51,610 nt of DNA from an uncultured Oscillospiraceae bacterium (GTDB lineage: Bacteria > Bacillota > Clostridia > Oscillospirales > Acutalibacteraceae): NCBI GenBank assembly GCA_900549155.1, contig URNF01000001.1, forward strand, positions 1-51,610, given 5' to 3'. The first letter of the stretch is position 1. Each line of letters opens with the position of its first letter. The notes beneath the pieces are model-generated. The model was not told the origin of the DNA, ran no database searches, and was given only the letters and a program-made list of their open reading frames with translations. The position numbers and the translations under genes are program-made. Positions 34,397 to 43,336 of this stretch are shown one piece after another.

Positions 34397-36145
34397 ATGA
34401 ACAACGAAGAAAAGAAGCAGCCGGAAGTTGTCTCCGAAGCTGCAGAAGAGACCGCCGAAAAAGCGGTTTTGGAAACCGTCGCCGAAACAGAAGCGGCAGA
34501 AAATGCCGCAGCGGAAGCACCCGCAGAGGAAAAAGCCGAAAAGGCGGCGGCAGAAAAAGAGCCGTCGTTCCTCAAAAAGCTGTTTTCCGGCAAAAAGGCG
34601 CGCAAGAGCGCCGACATGCAGCGCCGCCTGCGCCACGGGCGCACCGCGCGCGTGCTGACCGTCGTCGTGGTCGCGCTGGTGATCCTGCTGAATGTGGTCT
34701 TCCAGATCCTCGGCAACCGTTTTCCGTTCACGCTGGACCTCACCGGCGACTATACGCTGAGCGACACCAGCATCGAGCTGGCAAAATCCATCACCAAGCC
34801 GATCGACATTGTCGTTTTTGCACCGGAAGAAACCTTTTCGAACACCAGCTCCGCTGCCGCACAGAGCTATACCTACGGCTTTGAGCAGGCAGCACAGGCA
34901 CTGTCGGAATTCTACAGTGCCGTCAAGCAGTATAAGAGCTATTCCGGCGGCAAGGTGAACGTCACCTATATCGACATGAACAGCGAACCCACCGCCGTCA
35001 ACAACTATAAGGCATACACGACCGACACCATCGAGCGCGGCGACATCCTGTTCATCAGCGGCGACCGCTGCAAGACCGCCAGCGTCACCACCGACCTGTT
35101 CACGGCGGACTCCTCGTCCTACTACAGCACCGGTCAGTATACCTTCACCTCGACCGTCGAGCAGACGCTCGCCACCAAGATCAAATCGGTACAGGATACC
35201 ACCGACCGCGTGCTGACGCTGTTCACCGGTCACACCGAGGACGACACCGTCATCAAGGGGCTGCAGCAGGTCTATAACCTCAACGGCTATGACATCGAGG
35301 AGGTCGACCTCACCAAATCCACGGAGATCAGCGAAAACACCGTGTGCGCCGTCATTCCCGCGCCGACCGTCGACTATTCAAAGGACGAGATCGAGCGCCT
35401 GCGCAAATGGCTCGCAAACGACGGCAAGGAAGGCAGAAACCTGCTTGTCTTCACCCATCCCACCGCTTCTCTCCCCAACCTCTATGAGTTCTTAGAGGTG
35501 GAATACGGCATGGAGGTCACCGACAACCTCGTTGTCGAGACCGATGCCAACCGTCTGTATGCCTACACCAGCGCCTATGCCACCTACGGCGACATCGCTT
35601 CGACCGACTTCACCAAGAACAGCGCGGGCGAAGCCAAGGCGATGACCTGGTATACCCGTCAGATCATCCCGCACTGGGAAGCCAAAACCGACACGTCCAC
35701 GCAATACAGCGTCAACCTCGTGACCTTTGCGAACACGGCGCGGCTGGTCTCCACCGACCAAGCGTCGCAGTCGCAGACCCCGAAGCAGACGGAATATGAC
35801 GGCACGATCGTCGGCATGGCGGTCGCCGTAAAGGAAGGCTATCAGAACACCCTTGAGGTGGACACCGTCACCCGCGTCGCCGTTTGCGGCAGCGCGTATA
35901 TCCCGACGCCGAACTTCATTTCGGTGCAGACAGCGGAAAATGAAAACCTGCTGCTCGACACCATGTCCGCTCTCACCGGCGTTGTCAACTCCATCAACAT
36001 TTCCTCGAAGCCGCTGGAGACGACCACCGTTTCCTTCTCCGCCACCGCACGCACCCTTGTCGGTCTCATTCTGCTGACGCTGGTGCTGCCGATCGGGCTC
36101 ATCGTGACGGGCATTGTCATCTTCATGAAGAGGAGGCACTTATGA
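34397..36145 (+). CDS. GldG-like ABC transporter auxiliary component
   Basis: N-terminal Glu/Ala-rich tail, TM, large extracytoplasmic region and a C-terminal TM. Its position after the ABC-2 ATPase and permease matches the GldA/F/G arrangement. The family assignment comes from architecture and synteny only. Confidence 0.7.
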   Translation: MNNEEKKQPEVVSEAAEETAEKAVLETVAETEAAENAAAEAPAEEKAEKAAAEKEPSFLKKLFSGKKARKSADMQRRLRHGRTARVLTVVVVALVILLNVVFQILGNRFPFTLDLTGDYTLSDTSIELAKSITKPIDIVVFAPEETFSNTSSAAAQSYTYGFEQAAQALSEFYSAVKQYKSYSGGKVNVTYIDMNSEPTAVNNYKAYTTDTIERGDILFISGDRCKTASVTTDLFTADSSSYYSTGQYTFTSTVEQTLATKIKSVQDTTDRVLTLFTGHTEDDTVIKGLQQVYNLNGYDIEEVDLTKSTEISENTVCAVIPAPTVDYSKDEIERLRKWLANDGKEGRNLLVFTHPTASLPNLYEFLEVEYGMEVTDNLVVETDANRLYAYTSAYATYGDIASTDFTKNSAGEAKAMTWYTRQIIPHWEAKTDTSTQYSVNLVTFANTARLVSTDQASQSQTPKQTEYDGTIVGMAVAVKEGYQNTLEVDTVTRVAVCGSAYIPTPNFISVQTAENENLLLDTMSALTGVVNSINISSKPLETTTVSFSATARTLVGLILLTLVLPIGLIVTGIVIFMKRRHL

Positions 36146-37821
36146 GTTTGGAACATGAGCAGGATAAGCTCTCCCCAACCGAAGAGCAGTCCGCACCCGC
36201 AGAACCCGCCGTGCCCGCAGAGGAGCCCTCTGCGGGTGCCCCCGATCCCTTTGCGGCGCTGGAAAACCCCACGGTGCGCAGCGCCGCGGATCTGACGGGC
36301 AACCGCAGGAAAAAGAAAAAAACGCTCATCTTCTCTCTTATCGCCGTTGCCGCCGCGCTGGCGGTGGTGCTGGTGTTGCTGCTGGTGGTGTTTCCCGCCA
36401 AAGAAGAGGAGACCCCCTCGACCGACACCGACACGACCGTCACCATTCTGGACAAAACGACCACCACGGTGGCTGTCGCCGTGACGTCCGCAACGCTCAA
36501 GCAAAAGGATGCCACGCTGGAATTTGTCAACAAGGACGACAGCCTGCTGCAAAAGGGCTATGAGGATCTGCCGGTGCACAGCACCAACATGAAAGCGCTT
36601 GCCGGCTCCCTCACGCTGTACAAAGCGACACAGGACATCGGCGAAAAGGATAATCTTTCCGATTTCGGCTTTGACGCGCCGTCGCTTTCCGCCACCGTCA
36701 CGTTCTATGACGGCAGCAGCTATGCCTTTGAGCTCGGCAACGAAACGCCGGACGGCAAAAGCTGGTATTTCCGCGAAAAAGACAAAAATCACATCTACAT
36801 TCTGGACGGCGACAGTGCCGCCGCGCTGCTGCAGGCGCCGCTTTCCTATGTCAGCACCGACGTGCTGACCACCCCGTCCACCGGCTCCGACAGCACCGAC
36901 ACCGATGTGGTGATGCGCAACATGTCGCTTTCCGGCTCGGTGCGCAAGGACAAGAGCTTTTCGTTCCGCCTGGTGACCTCCGGCGACAGCGACACGTTCC
37001 TCTATTATGACTACATCATCACGTCGCCCTACACCAAGGGTGCCAACTCGTCCTACACCTCGTCTCTGGAGAACTTCACCTCGCTGACCGCCGACGAAGT
37101 CATCGCCGTGCGTCCGAGCGCAGCGGATCTCAAGACCTACGGCTTTGACGATCCCACCACCGTGGCGCAGTTCACGCTTGCGGCGCGCACCACCGTCACC
37201 GGTGCGACCGACGCATCCGGCAACAGCAGCTCGACCACGACCTATAAGGATCTGGAAAAGCACACGATGAAGCTCGGCAAGAAAAACAACAACCGCTATT
37301 ATGTCATGATCGACGATGTGCCGATCGTCTATGCGGTGACGTCGACCTCGCTGCCGTTTGCCGAACTGCAGTATGACGATTTTGCGGATGAGCTTCTGTT
37401 CCTTGAGGACATTGCCGAGATGGGCAGCTTCAAGCTCACCACCGAGACCGGCGAGACGGATTTTGCCCTCACGCATCATCCCGAGGAAACGGACAACGCC
37501 AAAAATCTCACCGTCACGGCGGGCGGCAAGACCTATGACACGACCGATTTCCGCTATGTCGTGCGCAATTTCATGGAGATAAAACGCTACAGCGCGCTGA
37601 CCAAGAGCACCGACGGACAGCCCCTGAAGCTCACGCTCGCCATCACCCGCAGCGGTGAGAAAAAACCGATCCTCACCATCAAATTCTATGAGATGTCGAG
37701 CAATCTCTATGCCGCGGTGCTGGATAACGGCGAAAAATATCAGGTGAAGGCAAGCGAGGTCAAAAACGCCATCACCCAATATGAGAACCTTTTGAACGGT
37801 AAAACCGTCATTCACTCTTAA
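36142..37821 (+). CDS. Membrane-anchored extracytoplasmic protein (DUF4340-like by synteny)
   Basis: ATGA start/stop overlap with the GldG-like gene and a single N-terminal TM (LIFSLIAVAAALAVVLVLLLVVF). I recall DUF4340 genes commonly following gldG homologs; this is not verifiable here. Confidence 0.6.
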   Translation: MSLEHEQDKLSPTEEQSAPAEPAVPAEEPSAGAPDPFAALENPTVRSAADLTGNRRKKKKTLIFSLIAVAAALAVVLVLLLVVFPAKEEETPSTDTDTTVTILDKTTTTVAVAVTSATLKQKDATLEFVNKDDSLLQKGYEDLPVHSTNMKALAGSLTLYKATQDIGEKDNLSDFGFDAPSLSATVTFYDGSSYAFELGNETPDGKSWYFREKDKNHIYILDGDSAAALLQAPLSYVSTDVLTTPSTGSDSTDTDVVMRNMSLSGSVRKDKSFSFRLVTSGDSDTFLYYDYIITSPYTKGANSSYTSSLENFTSLTADEVIAVRPSAADLKTYGFDDPTTVAQFTLAARTTVTGATDASGNSSSTTTYKDLEKHTMKLGKKNNNRYYVMIDDVPIVYAVTSTSLPFAELQYDDFADELLFLEDIAEMGSFKLTTETGETDFALTHHPEETDNAKNLTVTAGGKTYDTTDFRYVVRNFMEIKRYSALTKSTDGQPLKLTLAITRSGEKKPILTIKFYEMSSNLYAAVLDNGEKYQVKASEVKNAITQYENLLNGKTVIHS

Positions 37822-37854
37822 ATTTAGCCACCTTTACAAAAAATTCAAAAAGTA

Positions 37855-37883
37855 TTGCAATTTTTTTATGGGTATGCTATGAT
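37855..37883 (+). promoter_or_regulatory. Sigma-A-like promoter of the sortase cassette
   Basis: TTGCAA, 17-nt spacer, TATGAT, in an AT-rich gap. Confidence 0.55.
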
Positions 37884-37914
37884 AAAGAAAATAATTGTAA
37901 AGGATGCGATAATC

Positions 37915-38466
37915 ATGAAAAAGATTGCCGTCTTGACCCTTACTTTGATCCTTCTCCTCGGTGCTGTTGTCGGCACGTTTTCTGTGAGTGCCGCCACGCA
38001 CACCAAGCAGGATATCGCGGATAAAGTCAGTGAGTCTGCTATCTACAAGTATATCTCCACCGATGTCAAGAATCTGATGCGCAACGTGGAGCTCACCGAT
38101 GCGCAGGCGGATGCGCTGTATGACATTGCGGAGCGCTTTGTTTCTCTGAAGCTCACCGACAAGGGTGCGAGCGCCGATAAGTACACCGCCGAAGAGGTGC
38201 AGGCTGTGCTGAAGCTCGTCGACGAAGCCTGCGCGGTGCTGAACTACACCTACACGCTGACGCCTGTTGCCAATGCAAAGCATGCGGGCGACATTGAGTT
38301 CAAGGTGTTCGACGCTGCCGGCAAGCAGGTCTATGCCTACAACGGCGACGTTATCAAGAAGACCGGTGCGGATCAGACTGCTCTGTTCATCACGCTGGCG
38401 CTGTGCGGCATGGCACTGCTGGCGGGCGCTGTGGTCGTGAAGACCAAGAAAAGCGTCAAGGCATGA
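37915..38466 (+). CDS. Small secreted protein with C-terminal sorting-signal-like tail (putative sortase substrate)
   Basis: Signal peptide MKKIAVLTLTLILLLGAVVGTFSVSA. The C-terminus is IKKTG-ADQT-ALFITLALCGMALLAGAVVV-KTKKSVKA, that is, a motif, a hydrophobic helix and a basic tail. Confidence 0.65.
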   Translation: MKKIAVLTLTLILLLGAVVGTFSVSAATHTKQDIADKVSESAIYKYISTDVKNLMRNVELTDAQADALYDIAERFVSLKLTDKGASADKYTAEEVQAVLKLVDEACAVLNYTYTLTPVANAKHAGDIEFKVFDAAGKQVYAYNGDVIKKTGADQTALFITLALCGMALLAGAVVVKTKKSVKA

Positions 38467-39146
38467 GCGCGCGCTCACAAAACAAAAAAGACAGTAAAAC
38501 GGCAGCCAAGCAGATTCTTCTGCTTGGCTTGCCTTATCTTATGGCGTTTTTGGGGATTTTGTGCCTTTCTGTCTGTTTGTCGGTGATCATACGGGATAAG
38601 CTCGAAAACTCCTTTGTGATGGCGCTGTTCAATGCGCCGGAGCTGTCCGACACGGACACCGAAACCAAAACGCCGATCGTCATTCCCGACGGACAGCTGT
38701 CGCTTGACAATTTCCCGAAGCTCGCCTGGGGCGATCAGTTTGCCACCCTGTCGGTCGACGAGCTGCCCGACGCCACCATCAACGGCGCGCCGGTCTTTGT
38801 CGGCGACGACAACGCCATTCTGAAAAAGGGCGTCGGAAAATATTATGGATCGGATTTTTGCGGTGAGGGCGGCAAGATCGTTCTCAGCGCGCACTGCAAC
38901 AAAGCGTTTTACTGTCTTGAGGACATGCAGCTCGGCTACACGGTGCGCATGCACACCGTCTACGGCGAATATGCCTATAAGGTCAGCGACATCTTCCTTT
39001 TCAACATGGACGACAACCATGTGGTGCTCGACAAAGCAGACAGCGAGCAGCTGCTTTTATACACCTGCTATCCGCGCGGGCTGGGCTTCCGCCGCCAGCG
39101 GCTTGCGGTGGTCTGCAAAAAAGTATCGGGGGCGGATTTCAAATGA
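38463..39146 (+). CDS. Sortase (class D/E-like)
   Basis: N-terminal TM, ILKKGVGKYYGSDFCGEGGKIVLSAH (catalytic His), LLLYTCYP (catalytic Cys) and RRQRLAVV (Arg). ATGA overlap with the upstream substrate gene. Confidence 0.8.
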   Translation: MSARSQNKKDSKTAAKQILLLGLPYLMAFLGILCLSVCLSVIIRDKLENSFVMALFNAPELSDTDTETKTPIVIPDGQLSLDNFPKLAWGDQFATLSVDELPDATINGAPVFVGDDNAILKKGVGKYYGSDFCGEGGKIVLSAHCNKAFYCLEDMQLGYTVRMHTVYGEYAYKVSDIFLFNMDDNHVVLDKADSEQLLLYTCYPRGLGFRRQRLAVVCKKVSGADFK

Positions 39147-40072
39147 AAGAGAAAACGGCGCTTTTTGTTGTCGTGCGTGTCGCCCTGACGATCCTTTTCG
39201 TCGCCGCGCTGCTCATGACGCTTGTCACCTTTGCCGTGTCCGCCATGTTCTCCGAAAAGGCGGCAAAACGCGCGCTGCAAAAGAAAGATCTCCCGACGCT
39301 TGCCGCGCAGGAAATTGCCGACAATGTGGAAGACCTGCAGGGCATCATCAATGTCGAGACCGACAAAATTCTTTCGACCGTTTCAAAAGAGACGGTCGAA
39401 CGGGAGCTGACAGCCTACACCGAAGCGCTGACGGCAAAGCTGCTTTGCGGCGCGGACAAGCTGTATGCGGTACAGTTTGAATCGGCTGCGCTGCGGGAAA
39501 TGGTGGACAGCGTCATCACGCCGGAGCTGTATAAGGACAATCCCGCGCAGCTGCAAAAGGACCGCGACGCCGCCTATGCCGAGATCGTCGGCGTGATCGA
39601 CGGCGAGCTTGCCTTTTTCCCGCAAACGCTGCTCGACAAGGTTTTCACGCTGGTGCAGGACAACACCGGCATCACATCCGAGCGGTTCTACGGCACGGTG
39701 CGCCGCCTTTCTTCCCTGCGTTTTCCGCTGCTGCTTTTGACAGCGGCGCTGGGTACAGCATTGTTTTTCACCCGCCGTCGCGCGTGGCTTGACTCCCTGC
39801 GCTATATCGCGGGCGTCGGCTTTATCACCGGCAGCGCCGTGTTTCTGCCCGCGCTGTTTTTGCAGCGGTATACGCTGCTTGACCGTCTGAGCCTGTCCGA
39901 CGGGCTTTTGCGGCGGTATATCCTGTGCCTTTTGCACCACATGCGCACCTCTCTGTTCACGACGGCGCTGTGCTGCTTCCTGTTTTTCCTGCTGTTTTTG
40001 GCGGCGATCCTGTTTTTGTGCGCAAAAAAGACGGCAAAAACTTGCAAAGCCGCCGAAAATGTGCTACCATAA
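39143..40072 (+). CDS. Hypothetical polytopic membrane protein
   Basis: ATGA overlap with the sortase stop. It has an N-terminal TM, a soluble region of about 150 aa and 3-4 C-terminal TMs. I recognise no family. Confidence 0.6.
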   Translation: MKEKTALFVVVRVALTILFVAALLMTLVTFAVSAMFSEKAAKRALQKKDLPTLAAQEIADNVEDLQGIINVETDKILSTVSKETVERELTAYTEALTAKLLCGADKLYAVQFESAALREMVDSVITPELYKDNPAQLQKDRDAAYAEIVGVIDGELAFFPQTLLDKVFTLVQDNTGITSERFYGTVRRLSSLRFPLLLLTAALGTALFFTRRRAWLDSLRYIAGVGFITGSAVFLPALFLQRYTLLDRLSLSDGLLRRYILCLLHHMRTSLFTTALCCFLFFLLFLAAILFLCAKKTAKTCKAAENVLP

Positions 40073-40104
40073 AGCGATGCTGATAATAAAGGAGTTTTGA
40101 CACC

Positions 40105-40842
40105 ATGTCCGGACATTCCAAGTGGAACAATATCAAACGCAAAAAAGAAAAGACCGACGGTCAAAAAGCAAAGGTCTTCACCAAGATGGCGCGCGAGATT
40201 GCCATGGCGATCAAAGAGGGCGGCAGCGCCGACCCGAACGCCAACTCGCGCCTTAAGGACGCCATTGCCAAGGCGAAAGCCAACAACGTCCCCAACGATA
40301 ACATTGACCGCGTCATCAAAAAGGCTGCCGGCGACGGCAACGCCAATACATATGAAGCGCTGCAATATGAGGGCTACGGTCCGAGCGGCATCGCCGTCAT
40401 CGTCGAAACGCTGACCGACAACCGCAACCGCACCGCGGGCGAGATGCGGCACTATTTTGACAAATGCGGCGGCAACCTCGGACAGACCGGCTGTGTGTCG
40501 TTCATGTTCAACAAAAAAGGCGTTCTCGCCATTGAAGCCGAGGGACAGGACGAGGACGACGTCATGGAAAAGGCGCTTGAAGCGGGCGCATCCGATTTCA
40601 ACGCCGACGGCGACGTGTTCGAGATCATCACCGAGCCGGAGGACTTCTCCGCCGTGCGCGACGACCTCGAAAAGCTGGGCTTTTCCTTTGTTTCGGCAGA
40701 GGTCGAGATGCTGCCGGATGTCTACAGCAGCATCGACGATCCCGAAGCCGCCGAGAAGATGGACAAGCTCCTCGATCTCCTCGAGGACAACGACGACGTA
40801 CAGAACGTGTGGCACAACTGGGAGCGCCCCGACGAGGACTGA
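40105..40842 (+). CDS. yebC: YebC/PmpR family DNA-binding transcriptional regulator
   Basis: MSGHSKWNNIKRKKEKTDGQKAKVFTKMAREI is the hallmark N-terminus. Confidence 0.95.
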   Translation: MSGHSKWNNIKRKKEKTDGQKAKVFTKMAREIAMAIKEGGSADPNANSRLKDAIAKAKANNVPNDNIDRVIKKAAGDGNANTYEALQYEGYGPSGIAVIVETLTDNRNRTAGEMRHYFDKCGGNLGQTGCVSFMFNKKGVLAIEAEGQDEDDVMEKALEAGASDFNADGDVFEIITEPEDFSAVRDDLEKLGFSFVSAEVEMLPDVYSSIDDPEAAEKMDKLLDLLEDNDDVQNVWHNWERPDED

Positions 40843-40865
40843 CACTTTAACCGACACCTTATAAG

Positions 40866-40900
40866 AAAAGCAGTGTGACCGCACGGTCACGCTGCTTTTT
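40866..40900. terminator. Bidirectional rho-independent terminator
   Basis: AAAAGCAGTGTGACC gcac GGTCACGCTGCTTTTT serves the convergent yebC and the minus-strand ORF, whose stop codon lies in the stem. Confidence 0.8.
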
Positions 40901-41474
40901 GCATGTGAAAAACTTTTTGGCAGATGCTTTTCGGTGCAATTTGTGTCTCATCCTCGATGAACCGCAGCAGCTTTCGCACCTGCCGTTTTGTGAACCGGCG
41001 AACATGGGTATAGAACACTTCCCCGTCCGATAACACAAAAACCAGGATCTGCTGTGGTATCATCGTATACCGCATTTTTTCTTCGATTTTGATGTCGTCA
41101 TAATCCTCAAAAAGACCGTAGCTTTTGATGCGGCTGACCGCAAAGCTCTCCCTCACAATGGTGCTGACCGTCCCGTTCTCCACCCCATAAAGCAGTCTTT
41201 GCAAAAGCGTGGCATCCTGCTTTTTAACGAATTTTTCCTTCTTCCAGACAAGCCGATCCCCGCAAACGGAAACAGAGATCGCACCGTCATGAAAAGTCCA
41301 TGCTCCAAACAGGAATGCGAGGAAAAATGCGATCGGTGCATATTTGCCCTCACGCATACCGCCCTGCAGAAAATCGACAATCAGAAAAACCGTACCGGCT
41401 ATATTAAACACCGTAAAAAATGCTAAAATGACAAAGACAAAATTGTGTGTGCGCATTTTCAAAGTGTGTTGCAT
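40887..41474 (-). CDS. Hypothetical membrane protein on a low-GC insert
   Basis: 195-aa ORF with two N-terminal TMs (FVFVILAFFTVFNIAGTVFLIV, IAFFLAFLFGAWTF) plus a soluble domain of about 120 aa. Two 60-nt samples gave about 42% GC, against about 60% in the neighbours. The start is uncertain (41474 or 41456). Confidence 0.55.
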   Translation of the reverse strand: MQHTLKMRTHNFVFVILAFFTVFNIAGTVFLIVDFLQGGMREGKYAPIAFFLAFLFGAWTFHDGAISVSVCGDRLVWKKEKFVKKQDATLLQRLLYGVENGTVSTIVRESFAVSRIKSYGLFEDYDDIKIEEKMRYTMIPQQILVFVLSDGEVFYTHVRRFTKRQVRKLLRFIEDETQIAPKSICQKVFHMQKAA

Positions 41475-41620
41475 ACGCCCACCGAATGCACCCCTCGTGG
41501 TTTGCCGCTTTCCTCATCAAGACACTCTTCCTGCGGAAAAGCGACGCCCTCTTCCACGACCGCATTCCAAATGCGGATCATCGCCGCTGTATCTTTCTCT
41601 GTATATGCTCTGATCGTCAT
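41459..41620 (-). pseudogene. Truncated GNAT N-acetyltransferase N-terminal remnant (53 codons)
   Basis: SD GAGGGA upstream of ATG 41620. The sequence is MTIRAYTEKDTAAMIRIWNAVVEEGVAFPQEECLDEESGK, followed by unrelated residues and a stop. The first 40 aa look like the start of a GNAT domain, and the AcCoA-binding part is absent. Confidence 0.45.
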
Positions 41621-41660
41621 AGTTTATCCCTCGCTTTGTATGTATCCTATCACAACGCGG

Positions 41661-41709
41661 CAAAAAACGCAAGAAGATCCACAACGCCGGTTGTGGATCT
41701 TCTTGCGTT
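41661..41709 (-). terminator. Rho-independent terminator of the isomerase gene
   Basis: AACGCAAGAAGATCCACAAC gccg GTTGTGGATCTTCTTGCGTT is a 20-bp perfect stem. A T-run follows on the minus strand. Confidence 0.85.
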
Positions 41710-42475
41710 ATGCTTCCAGACTGCGCAGATAGGTGATGCAGCGCTCCACTTCCTGCGGTCCCGTCGGGTCGAGTCCCTCGGACTCCACCACCATCAGCAC
41801 GCCGTTTGCGATCGCCCAACGCCGCACCGCTTCCACCGGCGCTTTGCCGGAGCCGAGCGACTTGCCGATCACGCCCTCGTGCGGCGTGCCCTTTTTCAGA
41901 TTTTCCGCCGCAGTGGGGATGCCGTCCTTCAGATGGATCACGCGAATGCGGTCCTTGAGCCTTTCGCAAAGCGCGACGGGATCCAATCCCGCATTGAACG
42001 CCCAAAAGGTGTCGATCTCCAGCTCCACCGCCGTGCGCGCGATGATCTCCTCCTCGATGACGCTGCCGTAATCCCGCTTCAGAAATTCGCCGGAATGGTT
42101 GTGATAGCCGAGCGCAATGCCGTTTTCCGCAAGCGTCTTTTGCGCCGCATTCAGCAGCGCCAGGTTTTCCTCCATCTTTTCCGCCGTCGACCAGTCCATG
42201 CCAGGGATGATGAGGTTTTTGCAGCCGATCGCCTTGTGATAGGCGATGGTTGCGGCAATGTTTTCGGGACGGATGGCGTCGCTGCCCGTGTGCGTGCCCG
42301 AACAGACAAGCCCGTTTTCATGAAGCCACTGCTTCACGTCCTCCGCCGCGTGCCCGAAGAAGCCGGCAAACTCGACATATTGATACCCCATGTCCGCCAC
42401 CGTTTTCAGGCTGCCGCGCAAATCCTTTTCCGTCACATCCCGCAGACTGTACATCTGCAAACCGTATGCTGTCAT
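41708..42475 (-). CDS. Sugar phosphate isomerase/epimerase (TIM barrel)
   Basis: MTAYGLQMYSLRDVTEKDLRGSLKTVADMGYQYVEFAGFFGH has a typical AP_endonuc_2-like N-terminus; 255 aa. Confidence 0.85.
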   Translation of the reverse strand: MTAYGLQMYSLRDVTEKDLRGSLKTVADMGYQYVEFAGFFGHAAEDVKQWLHENGLVCSGTHTGSDAIRPENIAATIAYHKAIGCKNLIIPGMDWSTAEKMEENLALLNAAQKTLAENGIALGYHNHSGEFLKRDYGSVIEEEIIARTAVELEIDTFWAFNAGLDPVALCERLKDRIRVIHLKDGIPTAAENLKKGTPHEGVIGKSLGSGKAPVEAVRRWAIANGVLMVVESEGLDPTGPQEVERCITYLRSLEA

Positions 42476-42490
42476 AGCTTTTTTCCTTTC

Positions 42491-43336
42491 TTAAACACTC
42501 CGAAACCCTCTGCCGATGATCTCGTTCGAAGTGGTGATGATGATGAATGCGTGCGGGTCGATCTCGCGGATGCGGCGTCTCAGCCGTACCGCCTCGCCGC
42601 GCCGACAAACGGTGTGGAGCATCGTGCGCTCCTTATGCGTATAGCCCCCGACCACGGCACTGTCGGTCACGCCGTGGTGCATCTCCTTGATGATATATTC
42701 CCGCACCTCGGCGGCATGGTCGGTGATAACGACGAAATATTTGCAGCTGTTGATGTTCTCGATGATGCCGTCCACCAAAAACGCCTTGGAGAAAAGACCG
42801 AGGATCGAATACAGCCCCGCCTTGATGCCGAACACATAGAAAGCGCCCGCCGCAATGAGAAAATCGGTGCAAAGCAGCGCCTTGCCGACATTGAGCCGCG
42901 AATACTTTTTGAGGATCAGCGCCACGATGTCCGTGCCGCCCGACGACGCGCCGACGTTGAACGCCAGCGCCGAGCCGCAGCCGGTGAGCAAAATGGCATA
43001 GCACAGCTCCAAAAACGGCTGGTCGGTGAGCGGTGCAGACAGCGGGACAAGCCATTCACACAGCGACGTCAGCCCCGAAAACAGCAGCGAGCAATACACC
43101 GTTTTCACGCCCGTTTCACGCCCCAGCACCACAAAGCCGACAAGCAGCAGCAGGATGTTGATGAGCGAGATCCACGTGGCGGGCGACAACCGCGGGCACA
43201 GCGTGCCGAGCAGCGTACCGATACCGCTCACCCCGCCGGTGGAAAAGCCGTTCGGGATCTTGAAGAAATAGACCCCCACCGTCAACAGCACCATGCCGGC
43301 AGACATTTGCAAAAATTCACTGATCTTCTTTTTCAA
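42491..43336 (-). CDS. YitT-family membrane protein (DUF2179 C-terminal domain)
   Basis: FFKIPNGFSTGGVSGIGTLL and a second ASSGGTDIVALILKK repeat, plus a C-terminal soluble domain. TTG start with SD GGAGGT, overlapping the upstream ABC gene's stop. Confidence 0.85.
   Translation of the reverse strand: MKKKISEFLQMSAGMVLLTVGVYFFKIPNGFSTGGVSGIGTLLGTLCPRLSPATWISLINILLLLVGFVVLGRETGVKTVYCSLLFSGLTSLCEWLVPLSAPLTDQPFLELCYAILLTGCGSALAFNVGASSGGTDIVALILKKYSRLNVGKALLCTDFLIAAGAFYVFGIKAGLYSILGLFSKAFLVDGIIENINSCKYFVVITDHAAEVREYIIKEMHHGVTDSAVVGGYTHKERTMLHTVCRRGEAVRLRRRIREIDPHAFIIITTSNEIIGRGFRSV

Noticed and set aside
35842-37815. 657-aa minus-strand ORF opposite the GldG-like and DUF4340-like genes.
   Set aside because: It is an antisense artefact. 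The plus-strand genes are translationally coupled and have TM and signal features.
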